NCBI GenBank assembly: GCA_965207225.1
Contig: CBDBLV010000005.1
Span: 1,952,001 to 2,016,000 of the forward strand
DNA from: Dehalococcoidia bacterium
GTDB lineage: Bacteria; Chloroflexota; Dehalococcoidia; Plut-88900
Length of the DNA stretch: 64,000 nucleotides
Reading direction: 5' to 3'
Shown: piece by piece, positions 8,450 through 18,374 of the stretch
How the letters are laid out: each line of letters starts with the position of its first letter
How positions within the stretch are numbered: position 1 is the first letter of the stretch
Notes under the pieces: model-generated
The model's database searches: none
What the model was told of the DNA's origin: nothing
Seen by the model: the letters and a program-made list of their open reading frames with translations, nothing else
Made by a program: the position numbers and the translations under genes

Positions 8450-10114
8450 ATGAAGAAGCAGCACCTACAGCCCCTGACGCCGGCGGCCCTCTACGCCAGG
8501 GTGTCCAGCGACCGCCAAGACGTGGATCTGTCCGTGGCCGCACAGCTTAGGGCGCTCAAAGAGTACGCCAAGGCCAACGGCTACTCCGTGGCCAGGGAGT
8601 ACGTGGACGAGGCCGAGAGCGGCCGGGTCGCCGACCGGCCCCAGTTCCGGGAGATGATCGCAGAAGGCTCCAAGCCCCAGGCTCCTTTTGAGGTGATTTT
8701 GGTCTGGAAGTTTTCAAGGTTCACCCGCAAGCGGGAGCACGCCGTGGCCTTCAAGGCTCAGCTGCGGCGCAAGGGCATCCGCGTGGTGTCCATCACCGAG
8801 CAGGCCGAGGACAACGCCACCGGCAGGCTGCTTGAGGGCATCATCGAGAGCGTGGACGAATACTACAGCGAAAATTTGGCGCAGGAGGTCGTCCGGGGGA
8901 TGCGGGAGGCGGCTTCGAGAGGCTTCTTCCTGGGCTCCAAGGCCCCCTTCGGCTACCGGAAGATCAAGGTGCAGGACGGGGCGAAGGAGCGCCCCTCGCT
9001 GGAGGTTGACCCTGCCACGGCTCCTGTAGTGAAGGAGATATTCGAGAAGTCTCTGAGCGGCCACGGTCTGAAGGAGCTGTGCAAGGAACTGAACGACCGG
9101 GGCGTCACCAACCGGGGGAAGCGCTGGTACAAGGGCGGTCTCCACTACGTGCTGCGGAACGAGGCGTACACCGGAACAGCCGTGTGGGGGCTCAAAGGCA
9201 AGGGAGAGAAGGCCCAGGACCCGGTGAGGGTTGAGGGAGCGTGGCCCGCGCTGATTTCACGGGAGCTGTTCGAGGAGGTCCAGCAGGCGATGAGCGAGCG
9301 CGCCCCGAAGGTGCAGAGGCCCGCCAGGGTGGGAAGCCCGTATCTGTTGAGCGGGCTGCTGAAGTGTGGGGTGTGCGGCAGGCTCTACTCGGCCCAGGGA
9401 GCCAAGAGCGGCCAGTTCGCCTACTACATCTGCGGGACGCTGTTCCGGGAGGGAGCGGGGACGTGCAGCGCCCGCTACCTGAACGCTTCCAGGGTGGAGG
9501 AGTTCGTGGTGGAGAAGATCAGGGAGCGCATCCTCACCGAGGAGACCATCGTGGAGCTGGTGCAGCTTGTGGCGGAGGAGATCGACGCGATGGCCGGTGA
9601 GCTTGCAGGGAGGCTGGAGTCTGTGGAGGCGGAGCTGTCCGACGTGCAGAGGCGTCTGGGGAAGCTCTACGAAGCCATCGAGACGAGCGACCTGACGCTG
9701 GAGGTGCTGTCGCCCCGCATCATGTCCCTGCGGCACCGTGAGGAGCAGTTGGAGGCTGCCAGAGAGGACGCCGAGACCCAGCTTGAGCAGCGGAGAGTCG
9801 ATCTGCCCGACACCGAGGAGATCGCGCGGTACGTGGCGGACTTCCGGGAGTTCCTGAAGGAGGGAACGATACCGGAGCGCAAGGCCCTCATCCGCAACTT
9901 CGTTGAGGGCATCGAGGTGGTGGGAGACGAGGCGACGCTGACGTACACGGTCCCCATGCCGAGCGACGGCGTGACCCGCGAATCGGCGTCGGTTCTTGAT
10001 TTCGTCCAGTCCAGCCCACCATACTTGACGGTAGACAGAACCGGAGCGTGGAGAGCCACCTCCTCAGCGTCCCTTCCCCCTATCGGAGCATCCTCTGGCA
10101 TCGGGATGCTGTAG
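8450..10114 (+). CDS. Large serine recombinase type A, copy 1 (body 8450-10015; last 32 aa are read-through across J1)
   Basis: YARVSS catalytic motif, recombinase domain, LLSGLLKCGVCG/YYIC Zn ribbon, coiled coil. Confidence 0.95.
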   Translation: MKKQHLQPLTPAALYARVSSDRQDVDLSVAAQLRALKEYAKANGYSVAREYVDEAESGRVADRPQFREMIAEGSKPQAPFEVILVWKFSRFTRKREHAVAFKAQLRRKGIRVVSITEQAEDNATGRLLEGIIESVDEYYSENLAQEVVRGMREAASRGFFLGSKAPFGYRKIKVQDGAKERPSLEVDPATAPVVKEIFEKSLSGHGLKELCKELNDRGVTNRGKRWYKGGLHYVLRNEAYTGTAVWGLKGKGEKAQDPVRVEGAWPALISRELFEEVQQAMSERAPKVQRPARVGSPYLLSGLLKCGVCGRLYSAQGAKSGQFAYYICGTLFREGAGTCSARYLNASRVEEFVVEKIRERILTEETIVELVQLVAEEIDAMAGELAGRLESVEAELSDVQRRLGKLYEAIETSDLTLEVLSPRIMSLRHREEQLEAAREDAETQLEQRRVDLPDTEEIARYVADFREFLKEGTIPERKALIRNFVEGIEVVGDEATLTYTVPMPSDGVTRESASVLDFVQSSPPYLTVDRTGAWRATSSASLPPIGASSGIGML

Positions 10115-11601
10115 CGCAGCAGGGCGTTGCCCGGCATCACCACGATCTCCTTCACGAAGCTCTCGATGAAGGCCCTACGCTCGGTGAGCTCGCTCTCGTT
10201 GAGGAACACGCTCAGGTCCCGGGCGTAGGCCGTGATGGTCTCCACGTCGTCCAGCACCTCCCTGCGCTGCGAGAGCATCGCCCTGGCCTCGACCGCCGAT
10301 GCCTCCAGCTTCTCCTGCCGCTCCCTGTGGTCCCGGATGCGGGGCTTGAAGTCCTCGATGTCCAGGTCGGTGGTCTCCGCGAGGTCGTAGAGCCGTCCCA
10401 GCCTGCGCTTCACGTCCTCAAGCTCCGACTCGACGGTCTGAAGCTTCTGGCGCTGCTCCCTGGCGATGCCGTCCATCTCCTCGTCCACCAGCTTCACCAG
10501 TTCCCGGATGTTGGACTCGGTGAGCACGTTCTCCCTGATCTTCCCCACCACCATCTCCTCGAAGCGCCGTGCGTTGAGCCTGGGGGTTTCGCAGGCGTCC
10601 CTGCCACGCTTCATGATGGACTGGCAGACGTAGTAGGCGTACTTCCCGCTCTTGGCGTCCTGGCCGCTGAGTGCCCCGTCGCACGTCCGGCACCGGACCA
10701 TCCCGCTCAGCAGGTAGGTGCTCCCCACACGTCGGGGGTGCGTCTTCCTGGGAGCACGGGAGCGCATCCGCTTGTTCACCCTCTTGAACTGGGCCTTTGA
10801 GATGATGCCGGGGAACGCCTTGTCTACCCTTACCGGTTCATCCTTGCTCTTCCCGCCGACGCCCCAGAGGAGGGTTCCGGTGTAGGCTTCGTTGCGGAGG
10901 ATGATGTGGACGCCGTTCTTGGACCATAGCCTGCCCGTGGGGTTGGCGATGCCCTCGGCGTTGAGGGTCTGTGTGATGTCCAGGATGCCCCGGCCCGACT
11001 CGGCCATGGAGAAGATGCGCTGGACCACGGGAGCCGTGGCGGGATCGGGTTCCAAGGTGGGCCGCTTCTTGGCCCCGTCCTGCACCATGAGCTTGGCGTA
11101 GCCGTAGGGCACCCTGCTGGCGACCCAGAAGCCTCGTGATGCCGCCTCCCGCATACCCCGCCGAACCTCCTCGGCAAGATTTTCGCTGTAGAATTCGTCG
11201 ACGGACTCGATGATGGCCTCCATGAGCCTGCCGGTGGCGGAGTCGTCGGCGTGTTCGGTGATGGACACCACCCGGACGCCCTTGCGCCGCAGCATGGACT
11301 TGAAGGCGACGGCGTGCTCCCGCTTGCGGGTGAAGCGACTAAATTTCCAGACCAAAATCTCCGTGAACGGTGCCTCGGGCTTGCTGGCCTCGTCCAGCAT
11401 CTTGCGGAACTCCGGCCTGTCGGCGATCCGGCCGCTCTCGGCCTCGTCGATGTACTCCCTCGCCACGACGTAGCCGTTCTTGTCTGCGTAGTCACGCAAT
11501 GCCCGCAGTTGGGCGGCCACGGACAGGTCCACGTCCTGCCGGTCGCTGGACACCCTGGCGTAGAGGGCGACGGGAGTCGGGGTCTCTGTGCGGTTACTCA
11601 T
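9667..11601 (-). CDS. Large serine recombinase type B (body 11601-10018; remainder is read-through antisense to LSR A)
   Basis: YARVSS motif, LLSGMVRCRTC/YYVC Zn ribbon; clear paralogue of LSR A. Confidence 0.95.
   Translation of the reverse strand: MSNRTETPTPVALYARVSSDRQDVDLSVAAQLRALRDYADKNGYVVAREYIDEAESGRIADRPEFRKMLDEASKPEAPFTEILVWKFSRFTRKREHAVAFKSMLRRKGVRVVSITEHADDSATGRLMEAIIESVDEFYSENLAEEVRRGMREAASRGFWVASRVPYGYAKLMVQDGAKKRPTLEPDPATAPVVQRIFSMAESGRGILDITQTLNAEGIANPTGRLWSKNGVHIILRNEAYTGTLLWGVGGKSKDEPVRVDKAFPGIISKAQFKRVNKRMRSRAPRKTHPRRVGSTYLLSGMVRCRTCDGALSGQDAKSGKYAYYVCQSIMKRGRDACETPRLNARRFEEMVVGKIRENVLTESNIRELVKLVDEEMDGIAREQRQKLQTVESELEDVKRRLGRLYDLAETTDLDIEDFKPRIRDHRERQEKLEASAVEARAMLSQRREVLDDVETITAYARDLSVFLNESELTERRAFIESFVKEIVVMPGNALLRYSIPMPEDAPIGGRDAEEVALHAPVLSTVKYGGLDWTKSRTDADSRVTPSLGMGTVYVSVASSPTTSMPSTKLRMRALRSGIVPSFRNSRKSATYRAISSVSGRSTLRCSSWVSASSLAASNCSSRCRRDMMRGDSTSSVRSLVSMAS
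9990..10043. other. att junction J1 (A body arm | CC | B body arm)
   Basis: cggttcttgatttcgtccagtccagc CC accatacttgacggtagacagaaccg; dyad matches CGGTTCT, CGTC and AGT around CC 10016-10017. Confidence 0.85.
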
Positions 11602-11619
11602 GCTCGTCCTCCTCGTGGT

Positions 11620-11826
11620 TCATTCCTCTTCGTTCCTACGTGAGCGCCGTCGCTGCATCCGCTCCTCTATGCGCCACTCCCGCTCCTCCATGTAAAGGCG
11701 GATGGCCTCGCGGAGCAACTCACTCACGGTGCGCTGCTCATCTATCGCTACATCCCGTAGGTGTTGGGCCGTCCCCGGCGGCAGCGAGAAGGTGATGGTG
11801 TCGGTGTTCCTGGATTTGGTGGGCAT
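11620..11826 (-). CDS. CopG/ribbon-helix-helix regulator directly upstream of LSR B
   Basis: TITFSLP...L...A..E.RTVSELLREAIRLY RHH pattern; AAGGA RBS. Confidence 0.8.
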   Translation of the reverse strand: MPTKSRNTDTITFSLPPGTAQHLRDVAIDEQRTVSELLREAIRLYMEEREWRIEERMQRRRSRRNEEE

Positions 11827-12019
11827 AGGTCCTTTCGCCTGTCTATCGCACTGAGTCTTACTCTACACTATCGTCCAACTGGCATTCAACCTCCGACCCG
11901 AGGCGGGGGCGTCCGGGGGACCCCATCCAGGGTCTTCGAAAATCAAGGCGGTCGGCGCAGTCCAGGGGGTGTACACGAGTTTAGGTTTTGTCGGTGATGC
12001 ATCAAACGGGTCGTGGGCA

Positions 12020-12660
12020 AGCTGGAACTGGGGCAAATCGGCCTCCTATAGGGATAATCAGTGAACACTTTGATGAAAGTCCCAAGTTCGGTTGGAAATG
12101 ACAGAAAGGTGCTTGAGGTGGGGGTGCATGACGCGGTGCCATAGTGTCCCCCCATGACAAAACGGAGCAAAAGAGGCGCTTGAGGTGGGGGTGCGTGACG
12201 TCGACCGGATCGGCATATGGAGGCGGTTTTTCGTATCCCTGAAGACTATGGCGCATCCGTGATCCGGGGCATGCTGTGGTGACCGGTCAGCCCGTCGAGA
12301 GCGTCCAACAGGTCGAGAAGGTGATGGTCGGCGGTCCCGCCGGTTCTGCAACGAATTGTACTTTTGGGAGCTGTTGGGGGCTGACACGGTGAGTGAGGGG
12401 AATGCCCTTTTGTCCCCTACAGGAAGTCCTGGGAACGGCTCGGTGGGGAAGTTGGAACATGCTCCCGTGGCACGTTGCGGCTGAGTCGGGGTGCTCCGGG
12501 TCGGGCGGCTGTAGGCAGTGACCGTAGCTGGAGAGCTATGGTGGCGGGCGTGCATGACGCAGCGGCGAGAACGGCCTGACCGGTCGGTTCTGCAACGGAT
12601 TGTACTTCTGAGCGCGTAAGGGGAGATATGTGACCGGTCATGTATGCAAGTTGTCCCAGC
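12020..12660 (+). promoter_or_regulatory. Conserved non-coding cis region of B1
   Basis: TTGAGGTGGGGGTGCRTGACG at 12113 and 12180 (67 bp apart); GACCGGTC at 12281, 12578, 12632; 26-bp direct repeats at 12341 and 12585. Confidence 0.6.
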
Positions 12661-12710
12661 AAGGCTGCTGGGACAACCCCTATTGGAAGGGTTCGGAACG
12701 GAAACGGCGG

Positions 12711-14816
12711 TCATTCTGTCCTCTGATACGTCACGGAAAGCGGCCTTCTGTGGAGGGAATACGGCGGCGGGAGTATCCAGGCGTCACCCAGGATGCCATG
12801 CTCGGCAAGAGCCTCGACGTTGGAGGTGACGATGGGCACATCGTCCTCTGCGTCGGCGATGTTGAGGAAGGCCGTCTCGGAGGCGGAGGACTCGAAGACG
12901 AACAGCACATGGGGCAGGTGTCCCTTATGGTCTCGCTTTGCCCAACCGCTCATGAAGTAGCGGCGGTAGGACCTCAGGCGTTTGGGGATGCGCTTCGGCG
13001 TGGTGGCTCTCCGCTCGAACTCCAGCAGGAAGGGACGCCATCTGCCGTGGTACTCCAGGGTGAACGATGCGTCGGGGTGGATGACGTAGGTGGTCTCGTC
13101 GTAGCGGTAGCCGATGCTGGAGCGGTGTGTCGGCAGCAGGTCCCACATGTCGTAGTCCTGGGATTTGGCGACCTCGGCGGAGAGGGTCGAGACGAAGCCG
13201 ACCACACCGGCGTGGTGGCGCAGTTGGGACTTCAGGGCGCGCAGGGCCGTCCCTGCGTAGACCGAAGGGTTGGAGTGTGCAGGTTCGGGGCTCCATCTGT
13301 CGAGGGTGAGGCCCACGGCGGCCCGGTCACGGCGGGCCAGGTGCGTCAGCCCCTCGTCGGTGAGCATGAGCAGGGAGTCGTCCTCTCGCACGAGATCGTG
13401 CTCACGGAGGGAGCGGAGCACCTGGTTGACCCGGCGCAGGGTGACGCCGCCCATTAGTCCCCCGAGCTGCTCGCGGGTGCACAGGGGCCATGCGGAGAGC
13501 AGGTCCAGGGCGTCCTTCCCGGCGCCGGTAAGCTTTGTCGAGAGAGCAGACGTAAGCTGCTGAGTAGGCTCCGGCATGGCGGCCTTCACTCTGGAGGAGT
13601 AGAGGTCTTCGAGATCGGGCCTCGGGTTGTCGCGGAAGAACGAATGGGACGAGTCCAGCAGGCGCTCCATCCAAGCCAGGATTTCCGCCAGGGATGTGTC
13701 GGGGTCGATGAGCACGGGAGGGTCCTCCCCCAGGCCGCTGCCGCACTGCTGCCAGACAGCGCCGGTGTGGTCTCCGGCCAGAAGCGCTCCTTCGGTCGCA
13801 ACGAAGGTCCTGCGGTGCTCCGATGGGTCTCCCAATGAGCGAATGGCCCTGCGGGTGGCCTGGTCCGCGTGGGTCAGCACCAGGGTGGCGAAGGGCCTCT
13901 CCCGGCTGGGGAGACGCTCGACGCTTCTGAGGCGGTAGCGCAGGTTGGACGTGGGCAGGGCCGCCCCCTGGCGGACGATGCCGATGGAGCGGCCGCCCGA
14001 CAGGGTGATGAGCGTGTCGTAGGGGCCGCTGCGGTAGTGGTCGACACGCACGGTGTCTTTGTGGGGGTCTGCGTCGGCGATCATGGCGGCGACGCGGTGG
14101 AGGACGGCCACCGCGTCCATGCGCTCGGCCAGCAGCCGGAACCACTGCCTCGACACCGGATACTCGGTGAGGAAGTGGTCCGTGCCGTGCTCGATCCTCC
14201 CTCCGGCGACGATGCCCTGCTTTGTGGGGAAGTACCGTCGTTGGGGGCGGGAGCCGAGCACGCTCAGATGGTGTGGCACGGAGTCCACGAGGCCCCGCCT
14301 GGCGAGCTTGTCGAGGCGTTCTCGCAGGGTGGAGGCGGGAATGCGTCCGAACCGGGCCAACTCCTCCACGGTAGCCAGGGGTGTTGCGCACAGCAACCGC
14401 AGGGCGTCCTCAAGGGCTTCGGACAGGCGGATGGAGCCGGACGCCGAGCCATTCGCTCGCCGCCGGGTCGCCTCCCAGAGACGCGCCTCGACGATCAGAC
14501 CCTCCCTGACCGTCTCCACTTCCTTGACGGTTCGGCCCACGCTGTTCATGAGCGCGCGGGGAATGGCTCGTCCCGTGTGGCCTTGATTGAGGAAGCGCCA
14601 CAGGGTGTGGCGGGACACGCCGAGGTCCCTGGCCGCTCGGTCGCGTCCATGCCACGTAGCGTAGGTGCGTACGTAGTCCCGGACCGCCCCATCGAGGTCC
14701 GCTCCGGCCTGCGCTGCGCCGTTCGACGCTTGTGTTCGTGGATTCGTGACTGCCAATCCGATGCTCCAGCTTGCTGATGTCCCAACATCCCATCTTGAAC
14801 GGGAAATTGCTCGCAT
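12711..14816 (-). CDS. Replication-relaxation (Replic_Relax/MOBC-like) protein, divergent paralogue with extra N-terminal HTH
   Basis: HPDASF...FLLEFERRA...RL..Y motif; shares YP.SR.W..LL..RMDAVA with the 1203 protein; start uncertain. Confidence 0.75.
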   Translation of the reverse strand: MRAISRSRWDVGTSASWSIGLAVTNPRTQASNGAAQAGADLDGAVRDYVRTYATWHGRDRAARDLGVSRHTLWRFLNQGHTGRAIPRALMNSVGRTVKEVETVREGLIVEARLWEATRRRANGSASGSIRLSEALEDALRLLCATPLATVEELARFGRIPASTLRERLDKLARRGLVDSVPHHLSVLGSRPQRRYFPTKQGIVAGGRIEHGTDHFLTEYPVSRQWFRLLAERMDAVAVLHRVAAMIADADPHKDTVRVDHYRSGPYDTLITLSGGRSIGIVRQGAALPTSNLRYRLRSVERLPSRERPFATLVLTHADQATRRAIRSLGDPSEHRRTFVATEGALLAGDHTGAVWQQCGSGLGEDPPVLIDPDTSLAEILAWMERLLDSSHSFFRDNPRPDLEDLYSSRVKAAMPEPTQQLTSALSTKLTGAGKDALDLLSAWPLCTREQLGGLMGGVTLRRVNQVLRSLREHDLVREDDSLLMLTDEGLTHLARRDRAAVGLTLDRWSPEPAHSNPSVYAGTALRALKSQLRHHAGVVGFVSTLSAEVAKSQDYDMWDLLPTHRSSIGYRYDETTYVIHPDASFTLEYHGRWRPFLLEFERRATTPKRIPKRLRSYRRYFMSGWAKRDHKGHLPHVLFVFESSASETAFLNIADAEDDVPIVTSNVEALAEHGILGDAWILPPPYSLHRRPLSVTYQRTE

Positions 14817-15087
14817 GTAATGCCTTGCAAGCCATTGTTATGGAATGGGTTTTGTGGTAGCGGCCGAGGTCACGGAGGATGTTCACGCTCTCTCAAAGGG
14901 CGCGGGACTCCACTCCGACCGATCCGCCGACCTTGTCTTGGCTTTCCTTGATGGTTGCCGGACAGGGGGCCTCCAATTAAGTCTGGGAATGTTGAGAGGG
15001 CTTGCCAACGCCCTATAACGGGTGTCATGCGCGTCACCTCTAGGCCACCGGATTCCGGTGCCTGCACGAAGTGGTTGAGAAAGCGAC

Positions 15088-15300
15088 TCATCCGCTAGCC
15101 TCCTCTTCTAGCGGTGCCTCTGACGATGCCGAGACGGCTTGGGTGGCTTCCCGTCGTAGGTGGGCGCGGACGATCATCCTGGCCAGGATTCGCAGCCCGC
15201 ATCGCAGTTGCTCCTGCTGCCCAGCCGTGTACGCCACCGCCGATCCGTTCGCGGACGTGGCGGCGCACTCTGACGGTCTCTTTCTATCGGCCCTACTCAT
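15088..15300 (-). CDS. Small hypothetical protein
   Basis: 70-aa ORF with AGGAG RBS, basic helix GLRILARMIVRAHLRR, upstream of the relaxase on the same strand. Confidence 0.55.
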   Translation of the reverse strand: MSRADRKRPSECAATSANGSAVAYTAGQQEQLRCGLRILARMIVRAHLRREATQAVSASSEAPLEEEASG

Positions 15301-15734
15301 CCCGCTCCTCCGTTGTCGGTCTCGGCGGGATTGCAGATTGGCCTCTCCGCCGTCAATGCCGGATATCCGGCGTCCTGAGACCAGTCTGAGGGCCTGAGAG
15401 AGCGAGCGTTATCCCTCGGAGGGGACTACATCGATGTAGTGGGCCTTGCAAGCCCCTTGATGTATCAGCCCCGTGATGGGCCACACGCCTGTGGAGGCCT
15501 ACGTGATGTCAGTGGGCCTTTCACAGGGGAAGTAAACTCGTGCAAGTTGCAGATTCATGCTGGCTCAAAGCTGGAATCGGAAGGGCACGTCTCTCTACCG
15601 GACCAAGACAGCGAACATTTTGTGTCAGCGGCCGGTTGCGAACGGATTCGCAAACCTACCGTAACGGAAACGACGGAGCTTACAGGCGGGGAAATCGGTA
15701 ACCCCAATGCGATCGTGCTAGTCGCGCGGCTGGC

Positions 15735-15976
15735 TCATGTCCTCTTCCAGCGATACCGCAGAGTGTACCCAGGAACACAATCTACTACTAAGAGGCCTCT
15801 CTTCTTGAGAAACTGCTGGGCGTTCTGAACGTCATGCTTCCAGTTCCCCTGACACCATTGAGGTACGCGGGCGTATATACTAGGGGGTATAGATCCTCCG
15901 TTAACAAGCCGTCCTTATGCCTAGTCAGGCTTAGGACATCCAGAACCGCTTTGCGGAATGCCTCGTTCCTTGTCAT
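15735..15976 (-). pseudogene. Frameshifted small winged-helix-like protein (~79 aa)
   Basis: Removing one TA from TATATA at 15874-15879 joins MTRNEAFRKAVLDVL...DLYPLVY to ARVPQWCQGNWKHDVQNAQQFLKKRGLL...*. Confidence 0.5.
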
Positions 15977-16074
15977 GTCACCCCCCAAGCCGGTAGCGGC
16001 GATTGATCCGCCTCGCCATTCGAACAGTGTAAGTGATGCAACTGAGATCGGCTATGACCCCTTGCTTCATGCGT

Positions 16075-16587
16075 CTAGCTGTGCTGGTGTGGACACTTGG
16101 TGTAACCTGGTACCGAGTAGACTCCCGCTGGAATGCTGATCTGCTTGCCGACATTGATGTATGGATTGCTCCGCATGGCTTTTTCATCGTTGATGACGAA
16201 GTAGCCATTGGTGTCAAAGAACACCGCCGGGAAACTATCAGGCTTCTGGTACGGTATGCCAGTTTTCGAGAAGTACCCTTTCGCGCAGTTGAGGCCATGT
16301 TCCCTCAAGAGTCGAGGTCCGATTCGTTGGTGAGTGCGTCCCTGTGATTGAGGACCATGAACCGCATTCTCAGGCGTGTTGCGTAAAGTTGGACTATCCT
16401 CCCTAGGTGGCGTAGTGCCCGAGTGTCGCGATTGGTCCAATCCCAACACGATCCTCAGGACGCGGTTCGGAGTACCAGGAGAAAAGAGAGCCAATCCTTC
16501 TTCGGCAGCTCGCTTGGCCAATATCTGTTCAACCTCTCCATCTACTTGGATCGAGATCTCCACTTGCAACCTCCTTGGCATAGGCAT
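16075..16587 (-). CDS. Hypothetical protein with RHH-like N-terminus
   Basis: ISIQVDGEV..IL...TPNRVLRIVLGL, linker, compact C-terminal domain; start uncertain (16587 or 16650). Confidence 0.6.
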   Translation of the reverse strand: MPMPRRLQVEISIQVDGEVEQILAKRAAEEGLALFSPGTPNRVLRIVLGLDQSRHSGTTPPREDSPTLRNTPENAVHGPQSQGRTHQRIGPRLLREHGLNCAKGYFSKTGIPYQKPDSFPAVFFDTNGYFVINDEKAMRSNPYINVGKQISIPAGVYSVPGYTKCPHQHS

Positions 16588-16753
16588 GGTTTTACCATAC
16601 CATGCTGTGGGCCAACGAGTCAAGCTCCGCGCCGTTGGTTCACTTAGCACTGGGTTGATCCTAAGCGGTGCCGGGCGATCGGTGAGTCTGTCATCTTCCG
16701 TCGGTGGCGGGATCGAGGAGAGAGGGAACCCTGCTAGGCTGTGAACAGGTGTA

Positions 16754-16787
16754 TTGACTATGTTTCCGTGTTTTCCATATTATGGAA
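16754..16787 (+). promoter_or_regulatory. Sigma70-like promoter with overlapping palindromic operator for the TA operon
   Basis: TTGACT-N18-TATTAT; dyad TTCCATATTATGGAA at 16773-16787. Confidence 0.6.
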
Positions 16788-16816
16788 CCGAGTAGCCATC
16801 TAGGGGAGGGCCAGCG

Positions 16817-17119
16817 ATGACCACCAAGAAGAAGAGACTCACCCTTGACTTGGACCCCACCTTTCAGCGGCGGCTGAAAGCCATCTCCGCGCTCAAGGGC
16901 GTCAGCATGCGGGGGTACTGCCAAGCCGCCATCGATCGGGAATTGACAAGGGACGAAGCCAACGGCCTAGGCGATCTGTTGGTTGACAAGCCGGACCACG
17001 AGATGTTCGCAGAGCTCCAGCAGGAGATATTCGGGGACAAGACACTACCTGGGAACTCAGCCGACCTGATAAGAGAGGCCCGCGAGATTAGAGAGGCCGA
17101 GATGGAGCGATGGGCATGA
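16817..17119 (+). CDS. Putative antitoxin (RHH-like)
   Basis: KRLTLDL...RRLK..SA..G.SM; ATGA overlap with PIN gene. Confidence 0.75.
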   Translation: MTTKKKRLTLDLDPTFQRRLKAISALKGVSMRGYCQAAIDRELTRDEANGLGDLLVDKPDHEMFAELQQEIFGDKTLPGNSADLIREAREIREAEMERWA

Positions 17120-17580
17120 GCGGGCTTGTCGTCGTCGATGCGAGCTTGGCTGTCAAGTGGTTGGTGAGGGAGGAGCACACCGACCAGGCTCTGGCGATTC
17201 TCCGGGCGTGGCATGACGATGAGGTAACCCTGGCCGCTCCTTACCTGCTAGCTTTCGAGGTCGCCAACTCTCTCCATCGTAAAGTGGTTCGGGGCCAGTT
17301 GAGTGTCGGAGACAGCACCCGAATGATCCAACGACTGCTCAGCTCGAGGCTTGAGTTGCATCAGACTGACGGGCTTTACGCGAGAGCCCTAGAGTTGGCA
17401 AGCGAACTCCAGCAAGGGGCAGTCTATGACGCCCACTACTTGGCGCTTGCCGAGGAATTTGGCTGTGAGTTGTGGACTGCCGACCAGAGGTTCTACAAAG
17501 CAGCAAGTCAGGAAGTCAACATCGTCCGCTGCCTAGGAAATCCCGGCAATCCACCTACTGGCGAAGGCCGGGGACCGTAA
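17116..17580 (+). CDS. vapC: PIN-domain (VapC-like) toxin
   Basis: VVDASLAVKW...E, EVAN, YDAHYLALA, LWTAD motifs. Confidence 0.9.
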   Translation: MSGLVVVDASLAVKWLVREEHTDQALAILRAWHDDEVTLAAPYLLAFEVANSLHRKVVRGQLSVGDSTRMIQRLLSSRLELHQTDGLYARALELASELQQGAVYDAHYLALAEEFGCELWTADQRFYKAASQEVNIVRCLGNPGNPPTGEGRGP

Positions 17581-18353
17581 TGGCCATCAGAACGGAGATA
17601 CTACCGTCGCCATCGTCGTTGGCCTTCTTGAGGCGTTGCTTTCGGTTCGTCAGCGTGGAGTGGCCCCATGCTGAACGCGAGCGGTTGCCTGATGAGGGCT
17701 TCGAACAGCGGTTCCGCGAAAGTTGCGTCCAGAATCTGGATGGATGGATTATCTCGGAGCAGCGCGAATTCCACCTTGGGGCAGGGCTAATTACCGCGTC
17801 AGGCGTATCTCATGAGATAGACATCGTGGCCCGGTGGTCAAACGCAACCACTATATTGGAGGCAAAGAATCTCGGCGGTATGCCTGGCAAGAACGACATC
17901 ATTGTCTTCTTCGCCAAGATCATTGATTATCTGCTTGCAAACCCTGAGCTAGCTCTGTACGACCTTTGTTTAGCATTCATGTCTAGGAATTCGTTCGAAT
18001 CAAGTGCACTGGCCACCTGTTTAGGTCTCGGAATACATCCGGTCTCATCGGACATACGCCCACTTCCAGTCCTAGTGGATAATGCGATTCGCATGGAATC
18101 GGAAATACGGAGTGGGTTGGCTGTGCCGAGTGAAACGCTTGAACGATTTGAGGATTTGTGCGCCTCGCTCAACAATTTAGGTTCCAGACTACACGAGGTC
18201 TGGCCTGACAATCGATTTGGTTATCTGTCTGAGGATAGCATTCTCGTTAAGGCAGTCACTCCGTTGCCCTCGCATGAATTGGCCAGCCAACTTCGGCAAG
18301 TCAACAGCGACTGTATCGAACTTATCAATACATTCAGGTCTGTATCCTCCTGA
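17580..18353 (+). CDS. Mrr-like PD-(D/E)xK restriction-endonuclease-fold protein
   Basis: GFE...SG.SHEIDIV...ILEAK...K.DI..F.AK..D signature. Confidence 0.75.
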   Translation: MAIRTEILPSPSSLAFLRRCFRFVSVEWPHAERERLPDEGFEQRFRESCVQNLDGWIISEQREFHLGAGLITASGVSHEIDIVARWSNATTILEAKNLGGMPGKNDIIVFFAKIIDYLLANPELALYDLCLAFMSRNSFESSALATCLGLGIHPVSSDIRPLPVLVDNAIRMESEIRSGLAVPSETLERFEDLCASLNNLGSRLHEVWPDNRFGYLSEDSILVKAVTPLPSHELASQLRQVNSDCIELINTFRSVSS

Positions 18354-18374
18354 GGTATAAAGGAGTATTTGACT

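Larger units (their letters stand above)
1..10016 (+). mobile_element. Integrative element A1 (left end outside window), LSR type A at right end
   Basis: Backbone (relaxase, cis region, HTH genes, UvrD, SIMPL, antitoxin, LSR) is repeated ~28.3 kb downstream; ends at the CC core of junction J1. Confidence 0.8.

Noticed and set aside
9667-10015. Extra C-terminal domain on LSR B
   Set aside because: It is the antisense translation of LSR A
1203-10016. Duplication as a pure assembly artefact
   Set aside because: Copies differ in SIMPL allele, relaxase, cargo and IS content; partial collapse of identical blocks cannot be excluded
12711-14816. Long alternative-frame ORFs here and over other GC-rich genes (e.g. 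5302-6273, 48244-49593, 55824-57281)
   Set aside because: Shadow ORFs expected from high GC3; no motifs
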